A stretch of 64,000 bases of DNA from a virus, in IMG/VR virus record IMGVR_UViG_3300035152_000011. One strand, given 5' to 3'. Under the pieces are notes generated by a model. That model saw nothing but the letters and a program-made list of their open reading frames with translations, had not been told where the DNA came from and made no database searches. The translations under genes and the position numbers were made by a program. Below, piece after piece: positions 34,183 to 42,934 of the stretch (position 1 is its first letter; each line of letters begins with the position of its first letter).

Positions 34183-34402
34183 CGGTGACCTCGATCTCCG
34201 ACGGATCGTAGCACCCGACTGTGCCGTCAGCGTGCTCCACGTCGTAGCAGAGGCCGTGCGAGTCGTGGTGCGTGAGCACCTTGCCCTGGACGCCCCATCT
34301 CTTTCGAGCCCAGCCCTCGTCGGTCCATTGATGACGTAGGGCCAGGTTCGGTGCGGTCGTGCGCACGCGGGTGCCAGGAGAAATCGGCGGGTACTTGGAC
34401 AT
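34172..34402 (-). CDS. Small hypothetical protein.
   Basis: 76 aa. Confidence 0.4.
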   Translation of the reverse strand: MSKYPPISPGTRVRTTAPNLALRHQWTDEGWARKRWGVQGKVLTHHDSHGLCYDVEHADGTVGCYDPSEIEVTDES

Positions 34403-34414
34403 CAGGGGGACCTT

Positions 34415-34651
34415 TCAGCAGCCGAAACAGTTTGTGCAGCCCGTTTCGTTTTCCTCGCCACAGTCATTGTCAGTGGCTTGACAGTCGTAGCAGGTCTTTT
34501 CGCGGCCACACGTCTCACACGTCTGGCAGCTCTCGTCGAAGTAGGTGTCCGCGCCGCCTTGGCAGTGCATGTACTGTTGACTGCCGGTCGCCGCCTGCGC
34601 CGCGTCAATCTTACGCAGCGTCTCTCGGCTGAGCTTGAGTTTCTTCGTCAT
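34415..34651 (-). CDS. Cys-rich peptide with a RiPP-precursor-like N-terminal leader.
   Basis: MTKKLKLSRETLRKIDAAQAATG...QGG followed by 12 Cys; RBS TGGAGGAACG. Confidence 0.5.
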   Translation of the reverse strand: MTKKLKLSRETLRKIDAAQAATGSQQYMHCQGGADTYFDESCQTCETCGREKTCYDCQATDNDCGEENETGCTNCFGC

Positions 34652-35310
34652 ACGTTCCTCCAGCGTTCGATCAGTTCCCGCAGTCCAGGACGGTCCTTGC
34701 GATGACAGAGGTAGTGCGCCGACGGTCCACGGAACTGGTGCTCGACGTCGAAGAAGAGTGACATGGCCCGCATGATCTCCTCATGCGTGTACCAGTGGAA
34801 CCGCGACACGTCGAGGCCGATGGTTGGGCTGGCCTGGACGTGCATGACCGTGCGGCCGAGATGCCCAGAGGCCTCTAGGTAGATCACGCCGCCGCGTCGG
34901 TAGAGCTTCCAGCCCCAGCGCGGCTTGCGAAAGGTGTTGAAGACGAACCGGCCATCTTCGGTGAGGATCGACCACACCGCAGCGCCGACGTCGAGCAGGT
35001 TGAGGTAGTTGATGGCCTGCCGGCAAACGACTAGGGTGAAGGTGCCCTCATCGTAGTATTCGGCAGCGTCTTCAGCGCGGCCGCGGACCTCGGCGATGTA
35101 GGGCTCGCAGCAGCGTGGGTTGAGGTCGAGGATCGCGGCGGCGCAGCCTCGCTCACGAGCTGCCTGCGCGACGATGCCTGTACCGCCGCAGAGGTCGAGC
35201 ACGACGTCTTCGGAGATCGCTCCAGCGAAGTCGAGCAGCGGCGTCGGGTTGTCGAGCCAGCGCGCGTAGAGCGCACCGTACTTGTCAGTCGTGCAATCAA
35301 GCCTGAACAT
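34648..35310 (-). CDS. SAM-dependent methyltransferase (class I).
   Basis: Motif I VLDLCGGTGIVA with motif-post-I acidic residue ILDLN. Start at MFRLD. Confidence 0.65.
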   Translation of the reverse strand: MFRLDCTTDKYGALYARWLDNPTPLLDFAGAISEDVVLDLCGGTGIVAQAARERGCAAAILDLNPRCCEPYIAEVRGRAEDAAEYYDEGTFTLVVCRQAINYLNLLDVGAAVWSILTEDGRFVFNTFRKPRWGWKLYRRGGVIYLEASGHLGRTVMHVQASPTIGLDVSRFHWYTHEEIMRAMSLFFDVEHQFRGPSAHYLCHRKDRPGLRELIERWRNV

Positions 35311-35656
35311 CGACGTCTCCTTCCGCGCCCAACATGTCCTTGGAGGTTGCGGGGCGCCACGCGCCGCGATAGCTGTCGCGCACGACGGTGTACTCCACAC
35401 GGCTCTTCGGCGGCGGCGCTAGCTCTTCGTCCAGCTCGATGCGCTGGAGCTGGAAGCCGATAACGCCTCCGGTGACATACGTGTCGCGTACCTTGTTGGC
35501 GGCAGCGACCGACGAGAAGACGCCGAATATCTTGGCGTCCTGGATGGTGTTGTTCTCATACCAGCCGAACAGCATGTACAGCGGCATCGAGTAGAGCGTT
35601 TGCATCGACGTCGCTCCTAGTCGTCGCACAGCCAGCCAGTACAGTCGTACGTGCAC
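35297..35656 (-). CDS. Hypothetical protein (start uncertain).
   Basis: 119-aa ORF; an internal Met MQTLYSMPLY is also possible. Confidence 0.35.
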   Translation of the reverse strand: MHVRLYWLAVRRLGATSMQTLYSMPLYMLFGWYENNTIQDAKIFGVFSSVAAANKVRDTYVTGGVIGFQLQRIELDEELAPPPKSRVEYTVVRDSYRGAWRPATSKDMLGAEGDVDVQA

Positions 35657-35832
35657 TCGCAGGTCTGGGCGCAGGAATCTTCACCGCGGTACGTTGGGCA
35701 CTCGTCGCTGACGCGCTCTGGGCACGCGACCTTCGGCAGGCAGCTACCGTCACTGGGCGGTCCAGCTCGGAGTGGGATCGCGCGGCTGAGCTTCTTCAGC
35801 GTTTCTCTACTGAGCTTGAGCCTCTTGGTCAT
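35617..35832 (-). CDS. Cys-rich peptide with a RiPP-precursor-like leader; paralog of 34415..34651.
   Basis: MTKRLKLSRETLKKLSRAIPLRAG... followed by 10 Cys; RBS ACGGAGGG. Confidence 0.5.
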   Translation of the reverse strand: MTKRLKLSRETLKKLSRAIPLRAGPPSDGSCLPKVACPERVSDECPTYRGEDSCAQTCECTYDCTGWLCDD

Positions 35833-36458
35833 TTGAGCCCTCCGTGTTTTTCGTAAAGTGCCGCGCAGGTGTTGTACAGCCGCTTGAGCCAATACAGGAG
35901 ATCCTGTTCTCCTGCCCATTCTTCCATCACGGCGTCCAGCTTCCCCTTCAACTCCCCACTCGAAAACATCTCGATTGGAATGGGACGGAGATCGGGGACA
36001 CCCCGCTTGAAAAGCTCCGCTACGATGGCGTCTGCGTCGTCATCGGTCATTTCCCATCGGTGCTGCACCTGCTCTCGTCTTTTCAGCATTCGCAGGCGTG
36101 CTTCGTCATCTTCGTTTTCGCTGACGTGTAGCAGTCTGGGAAGGTGCTCGACGGCGCAGCGTTGACCATCAAGCCAGTGTGCTTCGTCGAGAAACCCGCT
36201 GCTGTCCACCTTGTGCTTGGTGTTCCACTGCCCCATAAGAAGCGTGGGTCTTCGATTCTCGATCCCGATCAAGAACGTAACGATGTAGACAAAGCCGTCG
36301 GGCGACGGCTTGAGCGGACGGTCCCCCTCGTAGAAGTCCTGTATTTTCTTCTTCGCCACTCGTACGAACTGCCCCTCAGCGATTCGTTGGTAGACCCAGT
36401 TGGTAGCGCCCGGGGGAGTTGGGACGTCGTAACGGTAGAGATGGCCAGCGCGTTTCAT
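35829..36458 (-). CDS. Hypothetical protein.
   Basis: 209 aa. Confidence 0.45.
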   Translation of the reverse strand: MKRAGHLYRYDVPTPPGATNWVYQRIAEGQFVRVAKKKIQDFYEGDRPLKPSPDGFVYIVTFLIGIENRRPTLLMGQWNTKHKVDSSGFLDEAHWLDGQRCAVEHLPRLLHVSENEDDEARLRMLKRREQVQHRWEMTDDDADAIVAELFKRGVPDLRPIPIEMFSSGELKGKLDAVMEEWAGEQDLLYWLKRLYNTCAALYEKHGGLK

Positions 36459-37645
36459 AACGGCTTACCGTCTCGGTCCACGGCGATGATCCAGCCGTGG
36501 TTGCGAATCTTGTAGCTCGGGCCTGGTATGGCGCGCTCGTTGTCACGCACGGTTCCAGGCGGCGCGTACTCGACCGTCGGCTCGGCCTTCGAGCTGACGC
36601 CCAGGCAGCCGAGCTGTGCCCAACCATCCCAGTCGCCGTGGTAGTGCACAACGGCACGGGCGCTCGAATAGAGCTTGAGATGACGGATCAGCAGCGGCGC
36701 GTTGAGCGACGCCTTCCCTTCCTGCGTGAAGACCTTGCGGTCCTGGACGCGATCCACGAGCACAGCATCCTTCGAGCTGAACATCGCGCCCTTCTCGCGC
36801 GGCGAGACAAGGTACCGACCGTCGGGGGTCCGCACGGCAACTGCGCCCAGCACGAAGCCGTCATCGCTGCGTGGCGTGAACGCAGTGCGGAACAACCCGG
36901 TGATGTGGTCGAAGAAGTTGCTGGCCTGGACGTAGCCGCGATGGTGCTCCGGCTTCAGCTCAAGTGGCTCTTGGATCTCTACCGTGCGGTAGTGAACGTC
37001 GTCGATGATTTGTCGGAGATGCTCGTAGAAGCCGACGAATTCGTCATCGAAGAGCTGGACCGCACGGTCCTGGTGAACCACGAACTTCTTTCGCAGGCCG
37101 AGCTTCGCATCGTTGGCGACGACCGCGTTGCAGCGCGCGTTCAACACAACATGGTAGGCGGCCTCGACCAGTGCATCGTAGTCGTTGCCGAAGAGGAGCT
37201 TGCAACCGATGAGCGTGAGCCTACGGTTGATCGCTTTCATCTCGTTGATGACTCGCGGGGCAAGTACGAACGGGATGATTTGGCGCTCGGATTCCGTCGG
37301 CATTTTGCCCGGGAAGGGCTTCTCAGGAATCCAGTTGACGACGGCCGCTGCCATGATCGCGGCATCCACCTCTTGTGCGAAGTGGTGGCAGAGGTCGCGG
37401 TAGCTCGCGTACCCTTCGTGTGTGCGCAACGCGATGTGGCCTGCGTACTCGCCGAGCTGGCGCCGAAACTCGCGCTCCATGATGTCGGGCACGAGCAGAA
37501 TCGGCTGGTACTCCCCTTTGTGTTCCCAGGCCAGAAGCCACTTGGCAAACTCGACAGCCCAGAGACCGCGTGAGCGGTTACTCACGATCTTGTTGTCGTC
37601 GAGCTTCCCGTAGACCGGGCCGGCGGTGATCAGTACGCGTTTCAT
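36455..37645 (-). CDS. CoaB/DFP-family (phosphopantothenate-cysteine ligase-like Rossmann) domain protein with an extra C-terminal domain.
   Basis: VLITAGPVYGKLDDNKIVSNRSRG matches the CoaB motif ITAGPT...R.ISN.SSG. Confidence 0.5.
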   Translation of the reverse strand: MKRVLITAGPVYGKLDDNKIVSNRSRGLWAVEFAKWLLAWEHKGEYQPILLVPDIMEREFRRQLGEYAGHIALRTHEGYASYRDLCHHFAQEVDAAIMAAAVVNWIPEKPFPGKMPTESERQIIPFVLAPRVINEMKAINRRLTLIGCKLLFGNDYDALVEAAYHVVLNARCNAVVANDAKLGLRKKFVVHQDRAVQLFDDEFVGFYEHLRQIIDDVHYRTVEIQEPLELKPEHHRGYVQASNFFDHITGLFRTAFTPRSDDGFVLGAVAVRTPDGRYLVSPREKGAMFSSKDAVLVDRVQDRKVFTQEGKASLNAPLLIRHLKLYSSARAVVHYHGDWDGWAQLGCLGVSSKAEPTVEYAPPGTVRDNERAIPGPSYKIRNHGWIIAVDRDGKPL

Positions 37646-37715
37646 CGGAATCTCCTCGTGGTCCAGTTCTCAGGCAGGCCGCTGACCACGAAGCGTCCTT
37701 GCCCGTTGATCTTCA

Positions 37716-37904
37716 TCAGCTGTCCCCGTACGACTCCCAGTAGCAACGGTCGCACAGCCATGCCCAATATCCTTCGTCCTCGACGTCACGCGCCTCGGAG
37801 TAGTAGTGGTCACAACGCCATTTGCAGTCGGGACTGCCGCAACGACTACACATCTTCGGGTGTAGCCGCGGATCGTCTTTCCATGTCGGTTCAGTTCGTG
37901 ACAT
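37716..37904 (-). CDS. Small Cys-rich protein.
   Basis: CSRCGSPDCKWRCDH...CDRCYW. Confidence 0.4.
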   Translation of the reverse strand: MSRTEPTWKDDPRLHPKMCSRCGSPDCKWRCDHYYSEARDVEDEGYWAWLCDRCYWESYGDS

Positions 37905-37907
37905 TCG

Positions 37908-37920
37908 CCCCTCGGGGCCC
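37908..37920 (-). promoter_or_regulatory. GC hairpin GGCCCCGAGGGGC.
   Basis: Directly abuts the ATG at 37904 with no RBS spacing, so the true start may be the downstream ATG (MCSRCG). Confidence 0.45.
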
Positions 37921-37942
37921 TCGAAAGTATCAGGTCAGTCTG

Positions 37943-38422
37943 TCATGCACGTCCCTGGCCCATCGCGCAGCCCAGCAGGTAGAGCGTTTCGCCGCCAGCG
38001 TCTTCTTCGTCACCCGTGCCTGCGATCTGCGCTTCGACCTGGTTGTAGAAGTCAGCGGCGTTCACCGTGAACCCGCGGCCGCTAGCCAGCTCGTTCATCT
38101 GATAGGTCGCGGCTGGCCCCGCGCCGAGGACATCGACGATAAACTCGAAGATAGCATCGGCCACGCGCCGGTTGAGTTTCCAGTACTCGAACACGGTGTA
38201 GCCACGGTGCGAGCGGACACGTATCCAGCCCTTCTTCATCGCGGCGATCAGCACGCGCTCGCGGCGGTCTTCAGCCGACTCGCCGCGCTTCACGGCCACC
38301 TGGATGTCCGAGAGCCCGTAGTTCTTCGGGTCTTCGAGAATCGCATCGAGGTGCTCGAAGACCGGCTCCCAGCGACCGCTACGGGTGTGCAACCAGAATC
38401 CTTCTCCCATCGGCATCGTCAA
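37943..38422 (-). CDS. Hypothetical protein.
   Basis: 159 aa. Confidence 0.45.
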   Translation of the reverse strand: MTMPMGEGFWLHTRSGRWEPVFEHLDAILEDPKNYGLSDIQVAVKRGESAEDRRERVLIAAMKKGWIRVRSHRGYTVFEYWKLNRRVADAIFEFIVDVLGAGPAATYQMNELASGRGFTVNAADFYNQVEAQIAGTGDEEDAGGETLYLLGCAMGQGRA

Positions 38423-38428
38423 CTCCTA

Positions 38429-38755
38429 TCAGTCCACCGCTATCAGCTCGTCGATCAGCTCGTCTGTGCCCATATCAGGATCCGTCCAGTACTGTGCCAG
38501 CGCGTCACGATTCAGATCGGCAAACTCCAGAGCCCGTCGCAGCACAGCCCGCGACACTGTGATGCTTCCCAACACGTACGGATCGGCATCGTGAGGGATC
38601 GCGATTGTGGTAGCGTCGCCTGCTCCCGGGCTACCCGGGTACACCTTGATCCGTGGGCCATGTCGGGCTTGCTGATCGAGATTCTGGTAGACGTGGACGT
38701 ACGCACCGATGCCAGTGAGGCTCGGTCGCAGGTTCGCCATGTCTAGCGTCATCAC
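38429..38755 (-). CDS. Hypothetical protein.
   Basis: 108 aa. Confidence 0.45.
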   Translation of the reverse strand: MMTLDMANLRPSLTGIGAYVHVYQNLDQQARHGPRIKVYPGSPGAGDATTIAIPHDADPYVLGSITVSRAVLRRALEFADLNRDALAQYWTDPDMGTDELIDELIAVD

Positions 38756-38767
38756 TTGGTAGCCCTC

Positions 38768-39277
38768 CTACGGTCCAATCCCGTGCACGCGCTGCGTAAC
38801 GCCGTTGCGTTGAATCTCGACGATGACTTCTTCTTGCTTGAGCCGCTCGGCGATGTCGCCGGCCAGCTCGATCATCTGTTCCTCGAACACGCCCTCGGAG
38901 AGGCCGTGCGTGTCGATGATGATGATCTGCGCGCTGTCTTCGGTGACGACGCCGCGTCTCGGGTCACTGTGTTGGTAGATGCCCCGCTGCGTGAGGAAGC
39001 TCGCGCTCGGGTCACCGGTCTGCTCCATGCGGATCTCTTGCACCAGCGGGATCAGGTCGTCGATGGACCAGCGCGGCCGGTCGCCGACGTTGAAGCCCAC
39101 GATGATGCGCGCCGACAGCGTGTCAGCCGAGGTCCAGCGCCGAGTGGCGTCAAGGCCGAATAGCCGCCCGTCGTCGTTGACAACGCCGAGCTGGCCCTCG
39201 GGACGGAACCAGCCGCCGAAGGGACCTGACCAGTGGAGCGGACCGATGTTGCAGGGGTAGCGTCGCATGATGACCAT
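38768..39277 (-). CDS. Hypothetical protein.
   Basis: 169 aa. Confidence 0.45.
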   Translation of the reverse strand: MVIMRRYPCNIGPLHWSGPFGGWFRPEGQLGVVNDDGRLFGLDATRRWTSADTLSARIIVGFNVGDRPRWSIDDLIPLVQEIRMEQTGDPSASFLTQRGIYQHSDPRRGVVTEDSAQIIIIDTHGLSEGVFEEQMIELAGDIAERLKQEEVIVEIQRNGVTQRVHGIGP

Positions 39278-39283
39278 CTTATC

Positions 39284-40069
39284 TCAGAGCTGCTCCTTTG
39301 CGTAGTTCAGCGCGAACGCTTGCAGAAGGTTCGGCGTGACCGCGAGCGCCTCGACAGCGTCCCGGAACTGTTGATCCTTGCTGAACCGCACCAGCAGCTT
39401 GCGGCGGATCTTGTGCGGGATGTCTATGTCGAGGATGCGCGCGACCAGCGGCGTGACCCAGAGTGCGGTAGACGCGACGTCCTTGAGGTTGGTGGCGTAG
39501 TCGTTGACGTAGTCTGGTCCGCGCTCGTAGGTCAGACCCGCGTCACGGACCGCGGCATAGTACTGGCCGCGGGTACTGACGAGCCCCGCAGTGTCTACAC
39601 GCTTGGCGACGTCGGCAGCCTCGACCGCGGCGTCCTGAAGCGCCCGTCGCACTTCGCAGACAGTATCCGCGTGCTCGAAGACCTTGCGCTTGCGCTCACC
39701 GTAGCCCGCGGGAAATGAAGACGAGTCCCGCTTGACGATCTCCGGGTACGGTCCGCTGCCGTGACGGCAGCCGCAACGCTCACAGACCGGCGAGCCCAAG
39801 TCGAAGACCGTCTCGGTCGTGATACCGCCGTCGCTGATGACGGCCAGCTCACCGCGGAGCGTACCGAGATGGCGCGCGGTCGTGAGTGTTGGCGCTCGCG
39901 TGTCGTGCAGGATCTCGATCACGCCATCGGCTCGGCGAACCCACGCGATGGGCATGTCGTAGCTGTAGAAGTACGTCCCGTCGGTGTAGAACCGCCCCTT
40001 CGCGCTCTTGTATTCGCGCGCTTCCTGGTAGACGAAGGCCTCGACGGTGCGGTCAAATGGATTGCTCAT
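39284..40069 (-). CDS. Hypothetical protein.
   Basis: Start at MSNPFDRT gives an ATGA overlap with the upstream stop; CERCGC motif. Confidence 0.45.
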   Translation of the reverse strand: MSNPFDRTVEAFVYQEAREYKSAKGRFYTDGTYFYSYDMPIAWVRRADGVIEILHDTRAPTLTTARHLGTLRGELAVISDGGITTETVFDLGSPVCERCGCRHGSGPYPEIVKRDSSSFPAGYGERKRKVFEHADTVCEVRRALQDAAVEAADVAKRVDTAGLVSTRGQYYAAVRDAGLTYERGPDYVNDYATNLKDVASTALWVTPLVARILDIDIPHKIRRKLLVRFSKDQQFRDAVEALAVTPNLLQAFALNYAKEQL

Positions 40070-40545
40070 CTTGCCTCCGTTGCGAAGTAGACCGCAAACA
40101 GCGTGCCGTCGCGGACCTCGCGGTGATCGGGCGTCCACTTGACTTCGATGCTCCAGGGCTCGCAGCAGCGACGGCAGCGACCGTAGTGCTCACCGTCGCA
40201 GCCGCCACCCGTCTCGGTTGTCTGAAGCTCGGGAAGCTCCAGGCCGGCTGGTGCACCTGGGATAGCGACGACAGCACGGCTCTCCTCGTCGATCTCGATA
40301 CACCAATCGTGATGCACGCTGCTGATGCTTCCGTATTCGTACGGCCCGATGCCCTCGTCTACCCACCGGCCGGTGATCTCCGCGACGTCCTGGATCGCGT
40401 CCGCGATCAGGTCGGCGAGGTCATCCTCTAGCAACTCTTCGGTCCAGTCGATCTCGACCTCGGCGACGTTCTTGATGCGCACAGCCTGGTCGATGAGCTT
40501 CGTAGGCGCGGGCGGCGGGTAGTATGGCGCGACGTAGTGACGCAT
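40066..40545 (-). CDS. Hypothetical acidic protein.
   Basis: 159 aa. Confidence 0.45.
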   Translation of the reverse strand: MRHYVAPYYPPPAPTKLIDQAVRIKNVAEVEIDWTEELLEDDLADLIADAIQDVAEITGRWVDEGIGPYEYGSISSVHHDWCIEIDEESRAVVAIPGAPAGLELPELQTTETGGGCDGEHYGRCRRCCEPWSIEVKWTPDHREVRDGTLFAVYFATEAR

Positions 40546-40555
40546 GAGGGGTCTC

Positions 40556-41488
40556 CTAGCTGGCCTTCTTCGCGGAGGCCTTCTTTGAGCCCTTCTTCGG
40601 AGCCGACTTCTTCGCAGCTGGCTTCTTCGAGCTGGCCTTCTTCGAGGTCTTCTTGGCAGCGGGCTTCTTGGACTTCTTCGACTTCCCGGCGCTCGGGTCC
40701 TTGGCCTTCGCCGCGCTGAGCATCATGTCCGTGAGGTCCACAGCGCCGAAGGCGGCCTGCGCGTTCGGCGCGGGCGCAGCACTGACGTCGCCTCCGCTGA
40801 CCTTCGCCTCGATCTGCGCCTTCACAGCCGCGGTGTGGTTGTCGAGATGCGCGGCCAGGTCGAAGCTGTCGTTCGAGTACGCGTCGATGAACGTCTGCGT
40901 CGCGGCCAGCTCGGCCTCGGTGTACTCGCAGTCCGGGGCGTCGGCGACCGCAGCGACCTCGCGCACGGCAGCGTCGTAGAACAACGTGTGCAGAAGGAAG
41001 CCGCCCTCGACCGGACGCAACACCGCGAGGTATTCCTTGCCGCGGGTCCGGTATCGACTGACAGCGACACGGCCGCTCTGGAGCAACGCGGTGTGCAGCA
41101 GCCCGTAGGCGCGCTCACCACCCTTGTCCGGGCCGACCACGTAGCTCTTGTCGTAGTACATCGGGTCGATGTCCTGGACGCTCACGAATTCGACGACCTC
41201 GACGCTGTTGCCCTCGACGCCGAAGGCTTTGATCTCTTCGGCGGAGAACTGGACGTACTGTCCCTTGCTGATCTCGTAGCCCTTCACGATCTCGGCGTAT
41301 GCGATCTCCGTATCGCACTCCGGGCAGAAGGTCGGTTGCTTCACGCGGCAGCCGCAGGCGCGGTGTAGTTGCACGAAGCTGATCCCGGCCTTGTTGTCGA
41401 TCAGGGTCATTACCTTCGCGGGAACCGCGAGCAGTCCGCATTGGATCGTCGCGCGGTGAAGGGTCTTGCTCTTGCTGTTGCTCGGCAT
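40556..41488 (-). CDS. ku: Ku (NHEJ DNA-end-binding protein) with a Lys-rich C-terminal tail.
   Basis: ATIQCGLLAVPAKV..., ISFVQLHRACGCRVKQPTFCPECD..., IVKGYEISKGQYV..., VEFVSVQDIDPMYYDKSYVVGPDKGGERAYGLL..., LRPVEGGFLLHTLFY all align with bacterial Ku. The tail reads KSKKSKKPAAKKTSKKASSKKPAAKKSAPKKGSKK. Confidence 0.85.
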   Translation of the reverse strand: MPSNSKSKTLHRATIQCGLLAVPAKVMTLIDNKAGISFVQLHRACGCRVKQPTFCPECDTEIAYAEIVKGYEISKGQYVQFSAEEIKAFGVEGNSVEVVEFVSVQDIDPMYYDKSYVVGPDKGGERAYGLLHTALLQSGRVAVSRYRTRGKEYLAVLRPVEGGFLLHTLFYDAAVREVAAVADAPDCEYTEAELAATQTFIDAYSNDSFDLAAHLDNHTAAVKAQIEAKVSGGDVSAAPAPNAQAAFGAVDLTDMMLSAAKAKDPSAGKSKKSKKPAAKKTSKKASSKKPAAKKSAPKKGSKKASAKKAS

Positions 41489-41567
41489 GTCTCGCTCCTA
41501 TCAGTCAGGTTGGCTCCTCGGAGCCCACTTCGAGTGGTACAAGGGTTCGACGAGCCCCGGCTTGACT

Positions 41568-41807
41568 TTATTCAGTCTCGTCCCAGCCCCTTTTCTTGAG
41601 CCATCTCTGGTAGATGCTGGGGTTGCCGTAGAGGCTTGTTCCCAGCCTCTTCCGCGCCTGCCGCTGCACAAATTGCAGCAGGGAGACGCGACGGTGGCTC
41701 GGGTGCTCGTCACGGAACCGCGCGTAGAACCAGCGCACTTTCTCATCGCCCGTCACGGGGCCTCCGCTTGCGGCAGTCGGGACAGAGGTCCAGCCCGTCG
41801 CGGACAA
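41568..41807 (-). CDS. Small hypothetical protein.
   Basis: 79-aa ORF; weak. Confidence 0.3.
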   Translation of the reverse strand: MSATGWTSVPTAASGGPVTGDEKVRWFYARFRDEHPSHRRVSLLQFVQRQARKRLGTSLYGNPSIYQRWLKKRGWDETE

Positions 41808-41940
41808 CCCAGCCGTCGTTCCGGGCCTTGATGCGAGCCTCCTTAACGGTCGCGGCCATGTCAGCGTGGTTCGCGGGGCAGCCCTTGCCGTCGTCGCCAG
41901 GACCGTCGCAATACAGTTCGACGAACCGTCCGTAGCTCAC
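41743..41940 (-). CDS. Small zinc-finger protein.
   Basis: YCDGPGDDGKGCPANH...CPDCRKR. Confidence 0.4.
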   Translation of the reverse strand: MSYGRFVELYCDGPGDDGKGCPANHADMAATVKEARIKARNDGWVVRDGLDLCPDCRKRRPRDGR

Positions 41941-42116
41941 GGTTTCCTCCGGCGCTTGATCACCTCACCGACCGTCAGGCCGATGGCGAACATGGTCATG
42001 CCCATCAGGATGTTGACGACGGCAACCGTGTCCCCCGACATGACGCCGAGGAAACACAACACGAACGCGGCCGCGCCCGTGGCCCAGCAGAGCTTCTTGT
42101 GCGTTGTCTCTTTCAT
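41937..42116 (-). CDS. Small two-TM membrane protein (holin-like topology, speculative).
   Basis: MKETTHKKLCWATGAAAFVLCFLGVMSGDTVAVVNILMGMTMFAIGLTVGEVIKRRRKP. Confidence 0.4.
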   Translation of the reverse strand: MKETTHKKLCWATGAAAFVLCFLGVMSGDTVAVVNILMGMTMFAIGLTVGEVIKRRRKP

Positions 42117-42592
42117 ACTCCAGCGTCTCCATTCTCGTAGCTCTGCTCCATCCTCTTGATCGCGCCGTTGGCTGGCTGCACGAGATCCCACCAGAGCGGC
42201 GTAACGCGGTCGTAGTCGGGGTCCCCAGTGAGGACGTCGAGCCAGTAGTGGATCAGTCCAGGGGTCAACATCGAGTCGCTGATACTCGGCGTCACGAGCG
42301 TGTAGACCGTCTCGTCCCGATACAAACCCGCAGCGCACTCCTCGTACTCCCAGAAGACGTCAACGACCCAGGTCCGATCAAAGTCGAGGCAGCGGCCCAA
42401 CATCCAAACGACCTGGCCCTTGAATTCGGGCAGCGGCTCGCCACCGAGCTGGTAGCTCAGCTGCTCGCTCAGGAAGTCACGAACGACGTGGACCGCTTCG
42501 GCTGCATGCGGCGGCGGATCGATGGGCGGGTTGTGCGGAAGTGGTGGCGCACACCCGACTAGCACGAGCAGCAAGCTAGCTGGCAGTTTCAT
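42113..42592 (-). CDS. Lipoprotein.
   Basis: Signal peptide with lipobox MKLPASLLLVLVGC; RBS GAGGAAGAA. Confidence 0.5.
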   Translation of the reverse strand: MKLPASLLLVLVGCAPPLPHNPPIDPPPHAAEAVHVVRDFLSEQLSYQLGGEPLPEFKGQVVWMLGRCLDFDRTWVVDVFWEYEECAAGLYRDETVYTLVTPSISDSMLTPGLIHYWLDVLTGDPDYDRVTPLWWDLVQPANGAIKRMEQSYENGDAGV

Positions 42593-42751
42593 TTCTTCCT
42601 CCATGCCTCGGGCAGGAAACCGCCGTTTGAGATCCACTCGTTGAGCGCGAGGACCAGCTCGGCGAGCCGGTCGGCATGTAGCGTGGACGCGCCCATGCCG
42701 CTTTCGCCGTCCTCGACAATTCGTTCAGCGAGTCGCAGTTGCTCTTGCAGA

Positions 42752-42934
42752 TTAGCGTTCGGGTCCATCAGCAGGCTCCTTCGCGGCGAGGCAGGGCAGC
42801 CGCTCTAGCTCAGTATTCCACAGCTGTACGACATCGTCGTCGGCGTGTGAGAAAGGCGGGTTCACGGCGCGTAGTACCGACCGCTGTACCTTCTCCAGCT
42901 CTTTGCAGTTCTTGCAGGTGCCACAGCGTTTCAT
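42752..42934 (-). CDS. Small Cys-containing protein.
   Basis: MKRCGTCKNCKELE. Confidence 0.35.
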   Translation of the reverse strand: MKRCGTCKNCKELEKVQRSVLRAVNPPFSHADDDVVQLWNTELERLPCLAAKEPADGPER

